Shown: positions 1 through 8,674 of the stretch, piece after piece | Numbering within the stretch: the first letter of the stretch is position 1 | Layout: the number at the start of each line of letters is the position of its first letter | IMG/VR virus record: IMGVR_UViG_3300032233_001500 | Coordinates: 1-64,000 of that record | Strand: one strand, 5' to 3' | DNA length: 64,000 bases | Origin: a virus | Taxonomy: Duplodnaviria; Caudoviricetes | The notes under the pieces: generated by a model | Seen by the model: the letters and a program-made list of their open reading frames with translations, nothing else | Database searches by the model: none | Told to the model about the DNA's origin: nothing | Translations under genes and position numbers: made by a program

Positions 1-504
1 ATGTCTTGAAGCAGCATCTACTTTTTTCTTTTTTTCACCTCTTTCACTATATTCACTTGCAGGTGTGTTCCTTCTTTTATTAGCAAGGTCACCCATTTTT
101 TGTTGTGCTTTTGGAGTTTGTCCGTAAGAACCTTCTGCTTCATCGAGGTCATACTCATAACTATCACGAATACCTTGTCCATCACTTCTGGTTAACCTAT
201 TCCCAAATGCCTTTTTCTTTTTCTCACCCTTCTCTTTGTTTGCTGCTGATTTTGCTTGTGCTTTTTCTGGATTGTGAAACGCACTAACAGCAAATTGATT
301 GCTTGCTCTATTTTGCAATTTTTCACCTTCTGGAGTATTACTTGGTTTTACTCCAGAATATATACTACCCCTAGTAGCAGTTTTTTTTGATTTATTTAAT
401 AGTTGATGTCCCTTGTTTCTTGCTTTATCTCCAAGGTCTTTATAACTTTCATCATAAACTTGACTATATGCTTCTTGAAGATTTTGAATATCTTGTGGCT
501 TCAT
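1..504 (-). CDS. Lys-rich hypothetical protein, probable internal head protein (3' end runs off the left edge; not in the ORF track)
   Basis: Manual translation from the ATG at 504 is open to base 1: MKPQDIQNLQEAYSQVYDESYKDLGDKARNKGHQLLNK...YDLDEAEGSYGQTPKAQQKMGDLANKRRNTPASEYSERGEKKKKVDAASRH. A late-promoter motif lies 20 nt upstream. The N-terminal LQEAYxxVY motif resembles cyanomyovirus head-associated proteins. Confidence 0.8.
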   Translation of the reverse strand, partial: MKPQDIQNLQEAYSQVYDESYKDLGDKARNKGHQLLNKSKKTATRGSIYSGVKPSNTPEGEKLQNRASNQFAVSAFHNPEKAQAKSAANKEKGEKKKKAFGNRLTRSDGQGIRDSYEYDLDEAEGSYGQTPKAQQKMGDLANKRRNTPASEYSERGEKKKKVDAASRH

Positions 505-523
505 TTTACAAATACGTTTTAAG

Positions 524-530
524 TATTTAT
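524..530 (-). promoter_or_regulatory. T4-type late promoter (ATAAATA) for the 1..504 ORF
   Basis: tatttat on + strand reads ATAAATA on -, directly after the TAA stop of the upstream gene. Confidence 0.65.
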
Positions 531-2701
531 TATGCGACCAACTCAATAAACTCCCCCAAGACTTTTTTATTCATTTTTTTACTCTTCAGACTCTTCACAA
601 ATGCAGATTTAATCTGATTTTTTGTTGCATCCTCTGCAACCTCAAATTCAGTATCATTGGAAAGATCCGAACTAGAAAGCCCAAAATAAATGTGATACCC
701 AGAATTCAAAATAGAACAAGTACGGGTCTTTTTCCACTCACTCATAATTTTTTCGTACTCTTTATTGTTTTGATATCGTCCAGTTGAATAATCTGCAGTT
801 TCATAATAACGACGAATAAAATTTCCTGCATCACGAGATTGCAAAATCCTCATACCAATAAAGTTAACATCAACAAATTTATCACGAAGATTTTGCAGGA
901 GAACATCCGTAAACTGGTGATACTCGTAATTAAATTTATAAGTACGACCAATTTTACGATCACGAAGAAAAACATCAGAACCTACACTATTAAGACCAAT
1001 ATAAGGTTGGCCATCGCCCATAAGACGATTATGAAATTCTTTATGAAACTTCAAAGGAGGAGCTTCACCATCAGTCAAAACAACACATTGAACTTTTTGC
1101 AGTTTATTTTCTTTTTGGAATTTAGGAAGAATTTGGTTCATTGCAACCAAAGCTTCATTCAAAGGAGTACCAGAAAGAGACAACTTATTGGGATGTCCAT
1201 AGATCGGTCCATTATTTCGGTACGAAAGAGTATTTGCAATACGATAGATAGAAACCATTTGTTCTTCAAGAACCCGATTATTAGTCTTACTAGTAAATAA
1301 GTTCATCAAAGAGAAACTTTCATCAATGTGCATAAGACCGTGATCTTTTTTATAATGAGGTTTCAGGGGCTCACTGCAATATGATGGATACCAATCTGGA
1401 CGACGAAATTCGTTTGTGAACGCATAAACTTCAAACGGAATATTCACTTTTTTACAGAACCAAATTAGATTATAAAGTTGTTTGATCGTATCCACCATTA
1501 CATCCGCCATAGAACCAGACCAGTCCAGAACAAAGACCAAACCGTGGTTCTTACCAGTTGCAAGAGTAGTAACCTTTTTAAACAAATCTTCACTATACTT
1601 GTAACTAGGAAGTTTGGTGCAATCTAAAACACCAGTCCTAGAAGTTGTTGCACGAGCGTAACTATCTGCAGCTTTCTTACATTCAAACTCCTTTACGAGA
1701 TAATTAACTTCTTTTTGTGCGGAACGTTTAAACTGTTGATATTGTTTGTCTACATCAAGGAATAGTGTTCTATATGTTTCTTCTCCCATAGATTGTGAGA
1801 AAGTTTTTTCACACTCTTTCCAATAACTTTTGATATCATTATGAACTTCTTCATTGGAATTGATTATTGTATCCAGATTGAGTTTAGGAAGTTCAATATA
1901 GATATTTTCCAGACCCCTCATATTCACTAGGTCACGGAGTTTATCTTCCAAATTATTAACAGTTTTGACTTCGGGTTCTGCAATTTCCCCGCCTTCATCT
2001 CCACCTTGCATATTTGGTTGAGTTTCGGTTGAAGAACCTTCATCATTCACATCTTCATTCATTTCAGTTTGATCACCCATTTCTTGAGTGTTACCACCCC
2101 CAGATTGAGTGGTTTCGTGATTATCCAAAGAAGGGACTTGTTCTCCCTCCTTATTTTCTTCTTTACAATATTCATAAAGACGTTGAGCAGCTTCCAAAGC
2201 ATCTTGGAAAGTTTCTGCATCACCAATCAAATTAATGATTTGTTTTTCTTCTTCATTAAATTGGATAGAAACAAAGTTACCAACTTTAAAGTATAGATTT
2301 GCACGGTCAGCAAGATTAAATGTAGAGATATCCTCATCACCAATCTGGAAGAAATCATCGTCAGAAAGTTCTTTGTAACCTTTAAAAAAGGTCTTGGAAA
2401 GTCCTGCATACCGACGTTTCATCAACTTCTCAACTCGTGCGTCTTCAGTCACATTCACGAATTGTGGAGGAATTTGGATCTGTTCACTCCAATCTTCATC
2501 GGGAGTATAAAGAGCGTGACCAACTTCGTGTCCCACCAACATATCGTAGATACCATTGGTCGCTTTCTCCCAGAGAGGAAGGGTCAATACACGACTATGG
2601 ACATTAAAACAAGCAGTCTCAACTTGTTTGTGTTCCACTACAAGGTCTTCAGTTGCAAGAAGACGAGCAAGATGGCCCTTGACTTCGTGATTGACGGACA
2701 T
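530..2701 (-). CDS. Zn-metallopeptidase-like (HExxH) plus vWA-domain protein, CobT-like partner of MoxR/CobS AAA+ ATPases
   Basis: N-terminal GHEVGH and EDARVE motifs, an acidic linker, then vWA MIDAS DWSGSM with later GTPL and LTDGE. Start moved to MSVNHEV (ATG at 2701) because the track's upstream extension overlaps the promoter region. Confidence 0.8.
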   Translation of the reverse strand: MSVNHEVKGHLARLLATEDLVVEHKQVETACFNVHSRVLTLPLWEKATNGIYDMLVGHEVGHALYTPDEDWSEQIQIPPQFVNVTEDARVEKLMKRRYAGLSKTFFKGYKELSDDDFFQIGDEDISTFNLADRANLYFKVGNFVSIQFNEEEKQIINLIGDAETFQDALEAAQRLYEYCKEENKEGEQVPSLDNHETTQSGGGNTQEMGDQTEMNEDVNDEGSSTETQPNMQGGDEGGEIAEPEVKTVNNLEDKLRDLVNMRGLENIYIELPKLNLDTIINSNEEVHNDIKSYWKECEKTFSQSMGEETYRTLFLDVDKQYQQFKRSAQKEVNYLVKEFECKKAADSYARATTSRTGVLDCTKLPSYKYSEDLFKKVTTLATGKNHGLVFVLDWSGSMADVMVDTIKQLYNLIWFCKKVNIPFEVYAFTNEFRRPDWYPSYCSEPLKPHYKKDHGLMHIDESFSLMNLFTSKTNNRVLEEQMVSIYRIANTLSYRNNGPIYGHPNKLSLSGTPLNEALVAMNQILPKFQKENKLQKVQCVVLTDGEAPPLKFHKEFHNRLMGDGQPYIGLNSVGSDVFLRDRKIGRTYKFNYEYHQFTDVLLQNLRDKFVDVNFIGMRILQSRDAGNFIRRYYETADYSTGRYQNNKEYEKIMSEWKKTRTCSILNSGYHIYFGLSSSDLSNDTEFEVAEDATKNQIKSAFVKSLKSKKMNKKVLGEFIELVA

Positions 2702-2722
2702 CGGTTTTGTTCGGTTGACCTT

Positions 2723-2781
2723 ATAATACAACAAAACTCCCCCATCGGGACGGTTAGTGGACAGTTTGAAAAGTGTCCACT
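2723..2781 (-). promoter_or_regulatory. Early-type promoter: -10 TATTAT (2723-2728) with an upstream 8-bp inverted repeat AGTGGACA-N10-TGTCCACT (2756-2781)
   Basis: Perfect inverted repeat read directly from the sequence. The -10-like hexamer lies 21 nt before the ATG at 2701. No canonical -35 is present. Confidence 0.6.
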
Positions 2782-4496
2782 CAGATCATTTTACTAAATC
2801 CCTTGACCTTATCAAATTTAATGACTTTATCAAACTTATCAATCAAGTCATCAGTCTTATGAGAAATTACAAATACGTGTGCATCACTAACAACATATTT
2901 AATAATATTAGTGAAGAAATCTGTTCCTGCACCATCCAATGAACTATCAAAGATTTCATCCAGAATAAGAAGATTGGTACTTGCCGAATTTCTTAGTCTT
3001 GCAATATCTCTCCAAGTAAAAAGAAGTGACAAGTCAATTCTCATCTTTTCACCTTCACTAAAACTTTCATAACTAAAGTCTTCGTGGACTGGTGACTTAA
3101 TAACTTCTTTGAACTCTTCATCCAAAGTAAAGTTAATGTAGAAATCCATCATCTGAAGATACTTATTAATCTGTTGGTTCATCAAAGGTAAATACTTTTT
3201 GATGATTTTGGACTTTACTCCACCATCCTTCATCAATGAATGTGCAAAGTCATAGTAACTTACACTTTCTTTGTGTTCGGATCGTTCTTTCTCAACTCTG
3301 TTCAAATCTTTGTTCAACTTTTCAAGAGTTTCACGTTCCACATTTCTATTCTGTATTTGTTCAGAAATTTCTTGAATTTCATTTCTAAGATTTTTGGATT
3401 GTCTATGAAGTCCAGAAATAGTTACATTATTATGAGAAACACCATTGTTCAACTTAGTAATCTCTGCGGAATAGGATGCAAAGAGTTTATCCTTTTCCTG
3501 TTCTACATTAATTGCATCTTCCAGTTCTTGATATCCAGTCTGGAGTTCTTTAGATTTATTCTCAATATCATCAATTTTACTCAAACGAAATTCTTCCTCA
3601 ATACTTTGAGTACAGGTAGGGCAAACTGTGTTTTCTTGAAAGAACTTATGTTCTTGAACGATTGTTTGAATTTTTTGTTCTAATTTTGCTTTGATTTGGC
3701 CAAGTTTACGGAGAGTATTATTGGTACTATTGAGTTCTTCCAATTTTGGTTGCAACTCATTCTCAATAACCTTTAAAGTTTTTTCATTCTCTTCATTAAG
3801 TTCTTCTACTTCAGTTTCAATTTCCTTGAGTGAATTTTCTTTTTGTTTAATTCTTTCTTTGCCACTCTTGTCTAAGTCAGCAATAAAGTTTTCTTGCATA
3901 TCAATCTTTTCTTCAATCATATCTTTCTTGATTGAATATTCACGAATGAGTTCATTTGTACGACGCATTCTTTCTTTAAGAATGGAACTCATCGTTGAAA
4001 AGATCTTAATATCCAACAAATCCTCTACAATTTCCCTGCGATTTGCAGAAGTCAATTGCATAAAAGGAACAAAAGTTGCAGAACCCAGAATTACTGTCTG
4101 AGTAAAAGACTTATAGTTTAATTTTAGAATACCTTCTTCCAACTTCTTTTGTTGGTCCTGTGCTGCGGCATCTTGATCTTCTTTATTGCCATCAATCCAA
4201 ATCTCAAAGACATTTGGTTTAATGCCTCTCACAACTTTATATTCTCTTTTACCTACATCAAACTCAATCTCCACCAAACAGTCCTTTTCATTGACTGCGT
4301 TGACAAGTTGAGGTTTATTAATTTTGCGAAATGGTTTGTTGTATAGAACAAAAGTAAGAGCATCCAAAACGGTACTTTTACCAGAACCATTTGTTCCAAC
4401 AATCAAATTTGTCTTTGCATCTTGAAAATTTACTTCAGTAAACTGATTTCCTGTGGAAAGAAAGTTACGCCATTTCAGTGTCTTGAAGATAATCAT
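2781..4496 (-). CDS. gp46: Recombination endonuclease ATPase subunit (SbcC/Rad50-like)
   Basis: Walker A GTNGSGKST, coiled coil with CPTC zinc hook, signature FSEGE, Walker B LLILDE, H-loop ISH; adjacent to gp47. Confidence 0.96.
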   Translation of the reverse strand: MIIFKTLKWRNFLSTGNQFTEVNFQDAKTNLIVGTNGSGKSTVLDALTFVLYNKPFRKINKPQLVNAVNEKDCLVEIEFDVGKREYKVVRGIKPNVFEIWIDGNKEDQDAAAQDQQKKLEEGILKLNYKSFTQTVILGSATFVPFMQLTSANRREIVEDLLDIKIFSTMSSILKERMRRTNELIREYSIKKDMIEEKIDMQENFIADLDKSGKERIKQKENSLKEIETEVEELNEENEKTLKVIENELQPKLEELNSTNNTLRKLGQIKAKLEQKIQTIVQEHKFFQENTVCPTCTQSIEEEFRLSKIDDIENKSKELQTGYQELEDAINVEQEKDKLFASYSAEITKLNNGVSHNNVTISGLHRQSKNLRNEIQEISEQIQNRNVERETLEKLNKDLNRVEKERSEHKESVSYYDFAHSLMKDGGVKSKIIKKYLPLMNQQINKYLQMMDFYINFTLDEEFKEVIKSPVHEDFSYESFSEGEKMRIDLSLLFTWRDIARLRNSASTNLLILDEIFDSSLDGAGTDFFTNIIKYVVSDAHVFVISHKTDDLIDKFDKVIKFDKVKGFSKMI

Positions 4497-4755
4497 AGTC
4501 TCTTGGGGGAATCACAAAATCATTTGGCGTAATGACCGCATAGTTATAATTATACTGGTCACAAGTCTTTATTGCAAGCTCTGGATCAACTTCTACAACA
4601 GACATTTCTGGAAAATCGTCAGCTTCTAACAGTCCTCTAAATCTCTCTGCATCATCCTCATCTTGAAAAAAATAGAGGGTTTTATCACCGTGTTCATCCG
4701 ATACGGCGTATGCACCCTCGTCTTCTTGTCCAGCGATGGTTAGGATATACATCAT
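4465..4755 (-). CDS. Small acidic hypothetical protein between gp47 and gp46
   Basis: 96-aa ORF coupled to gp47 by an ATGA overlap and overlapping the gp46 start; same strand and composition as its neighbours. Confidence 0.8.
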   Translation of the reverse strand: MMYILTIAGQEDEGAYAVSDEHGDKTLYFFQDEDDAERFRGLLEADDFPEMSVVEVDPELAIKTCDQYNYNYAVITPNDFVIPPRDYDYLQDTEMA

Positions 4756-5798
4756 TCAACTTCGCAAGCTTCTTGATAGACTTCTCGTAAAAGTTTTTTG
4801 ACTATATCTTTATTTAAGTCAAAATCAGAGTCCTCAACGTATTTATTTAAAATTGTAATTGTGTCTTCAATCTTTTCTTGATCAAAGTCAACATCATCAT
4901 CATTAACTTCAAAGTTTTCAACGATCTTTAAGTCCACTACACCAGACTTATAGATTTTATCTACAAACTTTTCAAATAGAAGTTGATCAGATTTTTTACG
5001 AACTACAATTTTTACAATCTTATTTGTAAGTTCTGTAGTATTAAAGAGTTTTGGATTATGATCTTCATAATAAATTCTTTCAAAAATATTATAAGGATTT
5101 TGAACAAACTCTAATTCAAAAGTTTCTGTGTTAAAAAAGTTAAATCCTCTTTTATCATCTACGTCATTCCAGTATATTTGATACGGATTTCCTAGATAAA
5201 AAACTTTACCATTGTTGGAACGAGTATGATAATGTCCAGAACAAACAATTTTAAATTTATCAAAGACATCTACACCCATACCACTTTCTTGGACGTGTCC
5301 TGGATAAGTTGCAAATCCCGCAAGTTCTAAGTGACCAAAGACTGCCTTTGCTTTTGTTTTTTCAAGTTTTTCTATGGTTTCTTCGTGATTTTCTGGAGAA
5401 ATCCAAGGAACCATAAATGATTTAAATCCATCTATATCGTATTCACCAGGACCAGAAATAGGAACAATGTTGTCATACTCTGTTAACAGGGACTCAATAG
5501 AGTTGACTTCATTAGTATTCTTATAATAACAATCGTGATTTCCTACAATTTGATAGACCGTAATGCCCAGATCACGAAACTTATCATAGACGTTTTCTTT
5601 TGCCCAATTCAAAGACCAAAAGTCAACACTTTTACGATTATCAAATGCATCACCCAAGTGAATACAATGTTTGATCCCACGTTTCTTTAACTCGGGAAAA
5701 AACACATCCTCATAAAATTTTTTGAAGTAATCGTGAAAAGTTTTACTACCTTTCCTTCCTCCAAAGTGGGTATCAGTTACACAAGCAATTATAGTCAT
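4752..5798 (-). CDS. gp47: Recombination endonuclease nuclease subunit (SbcD/Mre11-like)
   Basis: Phosphoesterase motifs DTHFG, HLGD, GNHD, GHLE, GHYH. Confidence 0.96.
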   Translation of the reverse strand: MTIIACVTDTHFGGRKGSKTFHDYFKKFYEDVFFPELKKRGIKHCIHLGDAFDNRKSVDFWSLNWAKENVYDKFRDLGITVYQIVGNHDCYYKNTNEVNSIESLLTEYDNIVPISGPGEYDIDGFKSFMVPWISPENHEETIEKLEKTKAKAVFGHLELAGFATYPGHVQESGMGVDVFDKFKIVCSGHYHTRSNNGKVFYLGNPYQIYWNDVDDKRGFNFFNTETFELEFVQNPYNIFERIYYEDHNPKLFNTTELTNKIVKIVVRKKSDQLLFEKFVDKIYKSGVVDLKIVENFEVNDDDVDFDQEKIEDTITILNKYVEDSDFDLNKDIVKKLLREVYQEACEVE

Positions 5799-6274
5799 TG
5801 ATACATCTTAGTTTGAATTGCATCCTTGATAGAATTATACTCGGAAGCATCAAATCCGTCACCATCTACAGTGAACACTTCGTCATATCCAGATCTTTCA
5901 ATGATTTTAGCACGAATTTCCATTTGTTTCTTTTCTTTCTGAATTCTTCTTAGAAAAGCATAATGAATAATTTGCGTAAAATAAGCAAATGGATTACTAG
6001 ATTTCTCTGGATTGAAATTATGAATATACTGAACGCAGTTTTCAATACCATCACAAATCATATCTTCACGGAACATATAGTTCACAAAGTTTGGTTTGTA
6101 TGATAGGTGTGTAGCAATTTTAAGAAAACATTCCCCAAGATAATTGGTAATACGAGGTTTGGTTTCACCTGCTTCTGCAGCTGCAGCAACTTTCTTTTTA
6201 TATTCTACAATTGCATCAAGGAAATCCTTGTTATTTACATAATGTTCTGATCTTTTTCTTTTAGGTGCTTGCAT
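5795..6274 (-). CDS. gp55: Late-transcription sigma factor
   Basis: HYVNNKDFL, YLGECFLKIATHLSYKPNFVNY and NPFAYFTQIIHYAFLRRI match T4-like gp55; position upstream of gp47/gp46. Confidence 0.95.
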   Translation of the reverse strand: MQAPKRKRSEHYVNNKDFLDAIVEYKKKVAAAAEAGETKPRITNYLGECFLKIATHLSYKPNFVNYMFREDMICDGIENCVQYIHNFNPEKSSNPFAYFTQIIHYAFLRRIQKEKKQMEIRAKIIERSGYDEVFTVDGDGFDASEYNSIKDAIQTKMYQ

Positions 6275-6306
6275 TTCATAAGTCCCCGTTATTATTAATT
6301 GTTCTT

Positions 6307-6335
6307 ATTATAACAGTTTATGGATATGTTGACAA
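6307..6335 (-). promoter_or_regulatory. sigma70-type promoter for gp55-gp47-gp46 (TTGTCA-N17-TATAAT)
   Basis: The - strand reads TTGTCA acatatccataaactgt TATAAT, 32 nt upstream of the gp55 ATG. Confidence 0.8.
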
Positions 6336-6357
6336 GACCCTTCAATCTTGATACAAT
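6329..6357 (+). promoter_or_regulatory. Divergent sigma70-type promoter (TTGACA-N17-TACAAT) pointing antisense into the 6372..6782 gene and uvsW
   Basis: The + strand reads TTGACA agacccttcaatcttga TACAAT; its -35 overlaps the -35 of the gp55 promoter. Confidence 0.65.
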
Positions 6358-6371
6358 TACTCTGTGGAGTT

Positions 6372-6782
6372 TCAAAGATCAGGCTTATCTAAAGAGCTTT
6401 TATAGAGTTTTTCAAATTTAATACGGGCTTCCCCTACTGTTGATAAGTAACCCATTTCTGGTGTCAGATCGCCTTTACTTTTTTTACTATTTTTTTGTCT
6501 TAGGAATTTGTGATACATTTCTAAAGTTTCTGTGTCACGAACCTCACTAATGGTGAGTACTTTATCCATATCCAAAAGAAAAGTATCGTCATCTGCAAAT
6601 CTTAACCAAGGATCAATTTTAAATCCTTGCATACCAAGATTTTTCATTACAACAGTTTCAATTGTAACTGGATTATGAAGAATTAACATAGTTCTTCCAT
6701 CTTCTTCGGATGGACAAACTACTGAGAAAATCTCTTCTCCAGAAATTAATTTTAAAACAGCATAGAAATCTTCTTCCATCAT
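6372..6782 (-). CDS. Conserved hypothetical protein downstream of uvsW, possibly Sm/Lsm-like fold
   Basis: 136-aa ORF coupled to uvsW (ATGA overlap). The N-terminal YAVLKLISGEEI pattern is typical of small beta-barrel proteins in T4-like phages; the fold call is inference. Confidence 0.75.
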   Translation of the reverse strand: MMEEDFYAVLKLISGEEIFSVVCPSEEDGRTMLILHNPVTIETVVMKNLGMQGFKIDPWLRFADDDTFLLDMDKVLTISEVRDTETLEMYHKFLRQKNSKKSKGDLTPEMGYLSTVGEARIKFEKLYKSSLDKPDL

Positions 6783-8242
6783 TCTTTTAAGTTTACTTGT
6801 ATGAATTCATAATTAAAATTCTCTTCATTATAAATTTTAACTCTTTCTATAAGATGATTGAGAGTATAATTTTTTCTTGATCTGAATGTACAATCATCTG
6901 CAATATCATAAAGAACTGCCTGAGTTTTATTATCACCTTTTCTTAAAACTCTACCGATTGATTGTAAATTTCTTATTCTTGATTTACTTGGAGAAGCAAA
7001 GATAACATTATGTAAATTTTTAATGTTAATACCTGTTGAAAAGGTTCCGTAAGAAGCAACAATGATTGCGTTGTTTTCTCTCTCCGTAATTTCTCTTACC
7101 TTTTCTCTTTCCTCTGCATCAACTCCACCATGAACATAAAAAACTTTTCTATCATTCTTTATGGATGTATTTATTAAATTAAAAAGAGGTTCACCGTGAG
7201 TTTCCACTCGTGAAAACAATACAAGAGTGTTGCCTTTTAAATCTAATACAAGGTTTTTAATGAATTTATTTCTTTTTTCGTGTGTAATAATAAATTGTAT
7301 TTCATCCTCATAGTTCTCAAATTCACGGGGATTGTGTTTAAGAATTAAAACTTTAATTTGGAGTTTAGATAAATGTCCCTTTTCAATTAGTTCTTTTGTT
7401 TGTGCAACTTTATATGATGGACCAAACAATCCTTCCAAAACCCACTTATGAGTTTGTGAACCATCCAATGAACCAGTGAACCCAAAACGATATTTGGTGT
7501 TATCCATTTTAGTCATAATACCGACTAAAGATTTGGATTTGAATTGGTGGGCTTCATCACCAATCACTACATCAAACTCATCATAAAACGTCCTAGGCAG
7601 TTTGTATATGGACTGCCAAGTGGTGATAACTACAGGGGCTTGATTAGTCTTCTCCCTACCAGAATAGATGCGATGGCAGAAATCCTCAGCGTTCCACCCA
7701 TAGTCTTGAAAGTCCTTAAACATCTGTTCAACCAAGGATGTTGTTGGAACTACCAATAAAATTTTATGATCTCTTTCTACAAAATATCTAACAATAGCGT
7801 AAATCATCAATGACTTACCTGATGCAGTTGGTGAGATCAACAGTTTACGATTGTACTTTAATGCATCAAATACTGCATTGATTTGGTAATCTCTTGGTTT
7901 ATGTTTGGAAATACGAGTTACATAATCTTTAACTCCCTCATAAGATATCATTTCATTCTCTTCAAAAGGAGTTCCATAGAACTTATTATCTTTAAACTCT
8001 ATGGAATAATCCCATTTCTTTGCCCAAGAAACTATCTTATCCAATAGACCAACATAAATTTCTCCAGTATGAGTTGAAAAGAGACGGATCTTTCCGTCCC
8101 AATACTTACTGCGGTACTGGGGCATAAACTTAGCACCTGGTACATCAAAAGTAAAATGTTCAGATAATTCTTGATGAATGTGTGGTTCTGCTTCTACTTT
8201 TAGAAAGACTTCATTCTTTTTGGAGATTACAATATTAGTCAT
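6779..8242 (-). CDS. uvsW: SF2 DNA/RNA helicase UvsW
   Basis: SPTASGKS Walker A, DEAH, FTGS, QSIGRVLR; next to uvsY. Confidence 0.95.
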   Translation of the reverse strand: MTNIVISKKNEVFLKVEAEPHIHQELSEHFTFDVPGAKFMPQYRSKYWDGKIRLFSTHTGEIYVGLLDKIVSWAKKWDYSIEFKDNKFYGTPFEENEMISYEGVKDYVTRISKHKPRDYQINAVFDALKYNRKLLISPTASGKSLMIYAIVRYFVERDHKILLVVPTTSLVEQMFKDFQDYGWNAEDFCHRIYSGREKTNQAPVVITTWQSIYKLPRTFYDEFDVVIGDEAHQFKSKSLVGIMTKMDNTKYRFGFTGSLDGSQTHKWVLEGLFGPSYKVAQTKELIEKGHLSKLQIKVLILKHNPREFENYEDEIQFIITHEKRNKFIKNLVLDLKGNTLVLFSRVETHGEPLFNLINTSIKNDRKVFYVHGGVDAEEREKVREITERENNAIIVASYGTFSTGINIKNLHNVIFASPSKSRIRNLQSIGRVLRKGDNKTQAVLYDIADDCTFRSRKNYTLNHLIERVKIYNEENFNYEFIQVNLKE

Positions 8243-8245
8243 ATA

Positions 8246-8674
8246 TTAACTATATCCTGCAATAAATTTGGACCATTCAATGGCATTTTTTAACTGATAA
8301 GTTCTATTTAAAATTGTTTTTAGAATACTTTCTAGATAATTTAACATCATCTGGTAGTATTCAATTTTGGTCAGACAAGTGATCAAATCTTCATCTGCAT
8401 CCATATATTTGTCTAAGTCTGGTTTTAAGACTTTATGGTCAAATGGTTTTTCAATATAAACATCGGGTTCGGCTTTTCCCGTGTAATATTGCCATTTTTC
8501 TTTTTTTAAAATCTTATATTTGTTCTCTTGAGCTTTTTTGAGAACTAAGATGTTATTAAAAATCTTATAATACTTTGCGTGTAATGAAGGTATCTTTGTG
8601 GATTCCGTATGTAGATTGTCTTCATCTATCTTAGAATCTTCTTCCCATAATTTTTGAATTTCATCCAGGTTCAT
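8246..8674 (-). CDS. uvsY: Recombination mediator protein UvsY
   Basis: MNLDEIQKLWEEDSKID, IPSLHAKY, KWQYYTGK and NRTYQLKNAIEW; sits between gp3 and uvsW. Confidence 0.9.
   Translation of the reverse strand: MNLDEIQKLWEEDSKIDEDNLHTESTKIPSLHAKYYKIFNNILVLKKAQENKYKILKKEKWQYYTGKAEPDVYIEKPFDHKVLKPDLDKYMDADEDLITCLTKIEYYQMMLNYLESILKTILNRTYQLKNAIEWSKFIAGYS

Noticed and set aside
839-1300. 153-aa + strand ORF inside the peptidase-vWA gene
   Set aside because: Fully antisense to a well-supported gene, with no recognisable features.
3240-4346. Several + strand ORFs (147, 136 and 65 aa) over gp46
   Set aside because: Shadow ORFs of a Glu/Lys/Ile-rich coiled-coil gene; Ser/Phe/Leu-rich with no motifs.
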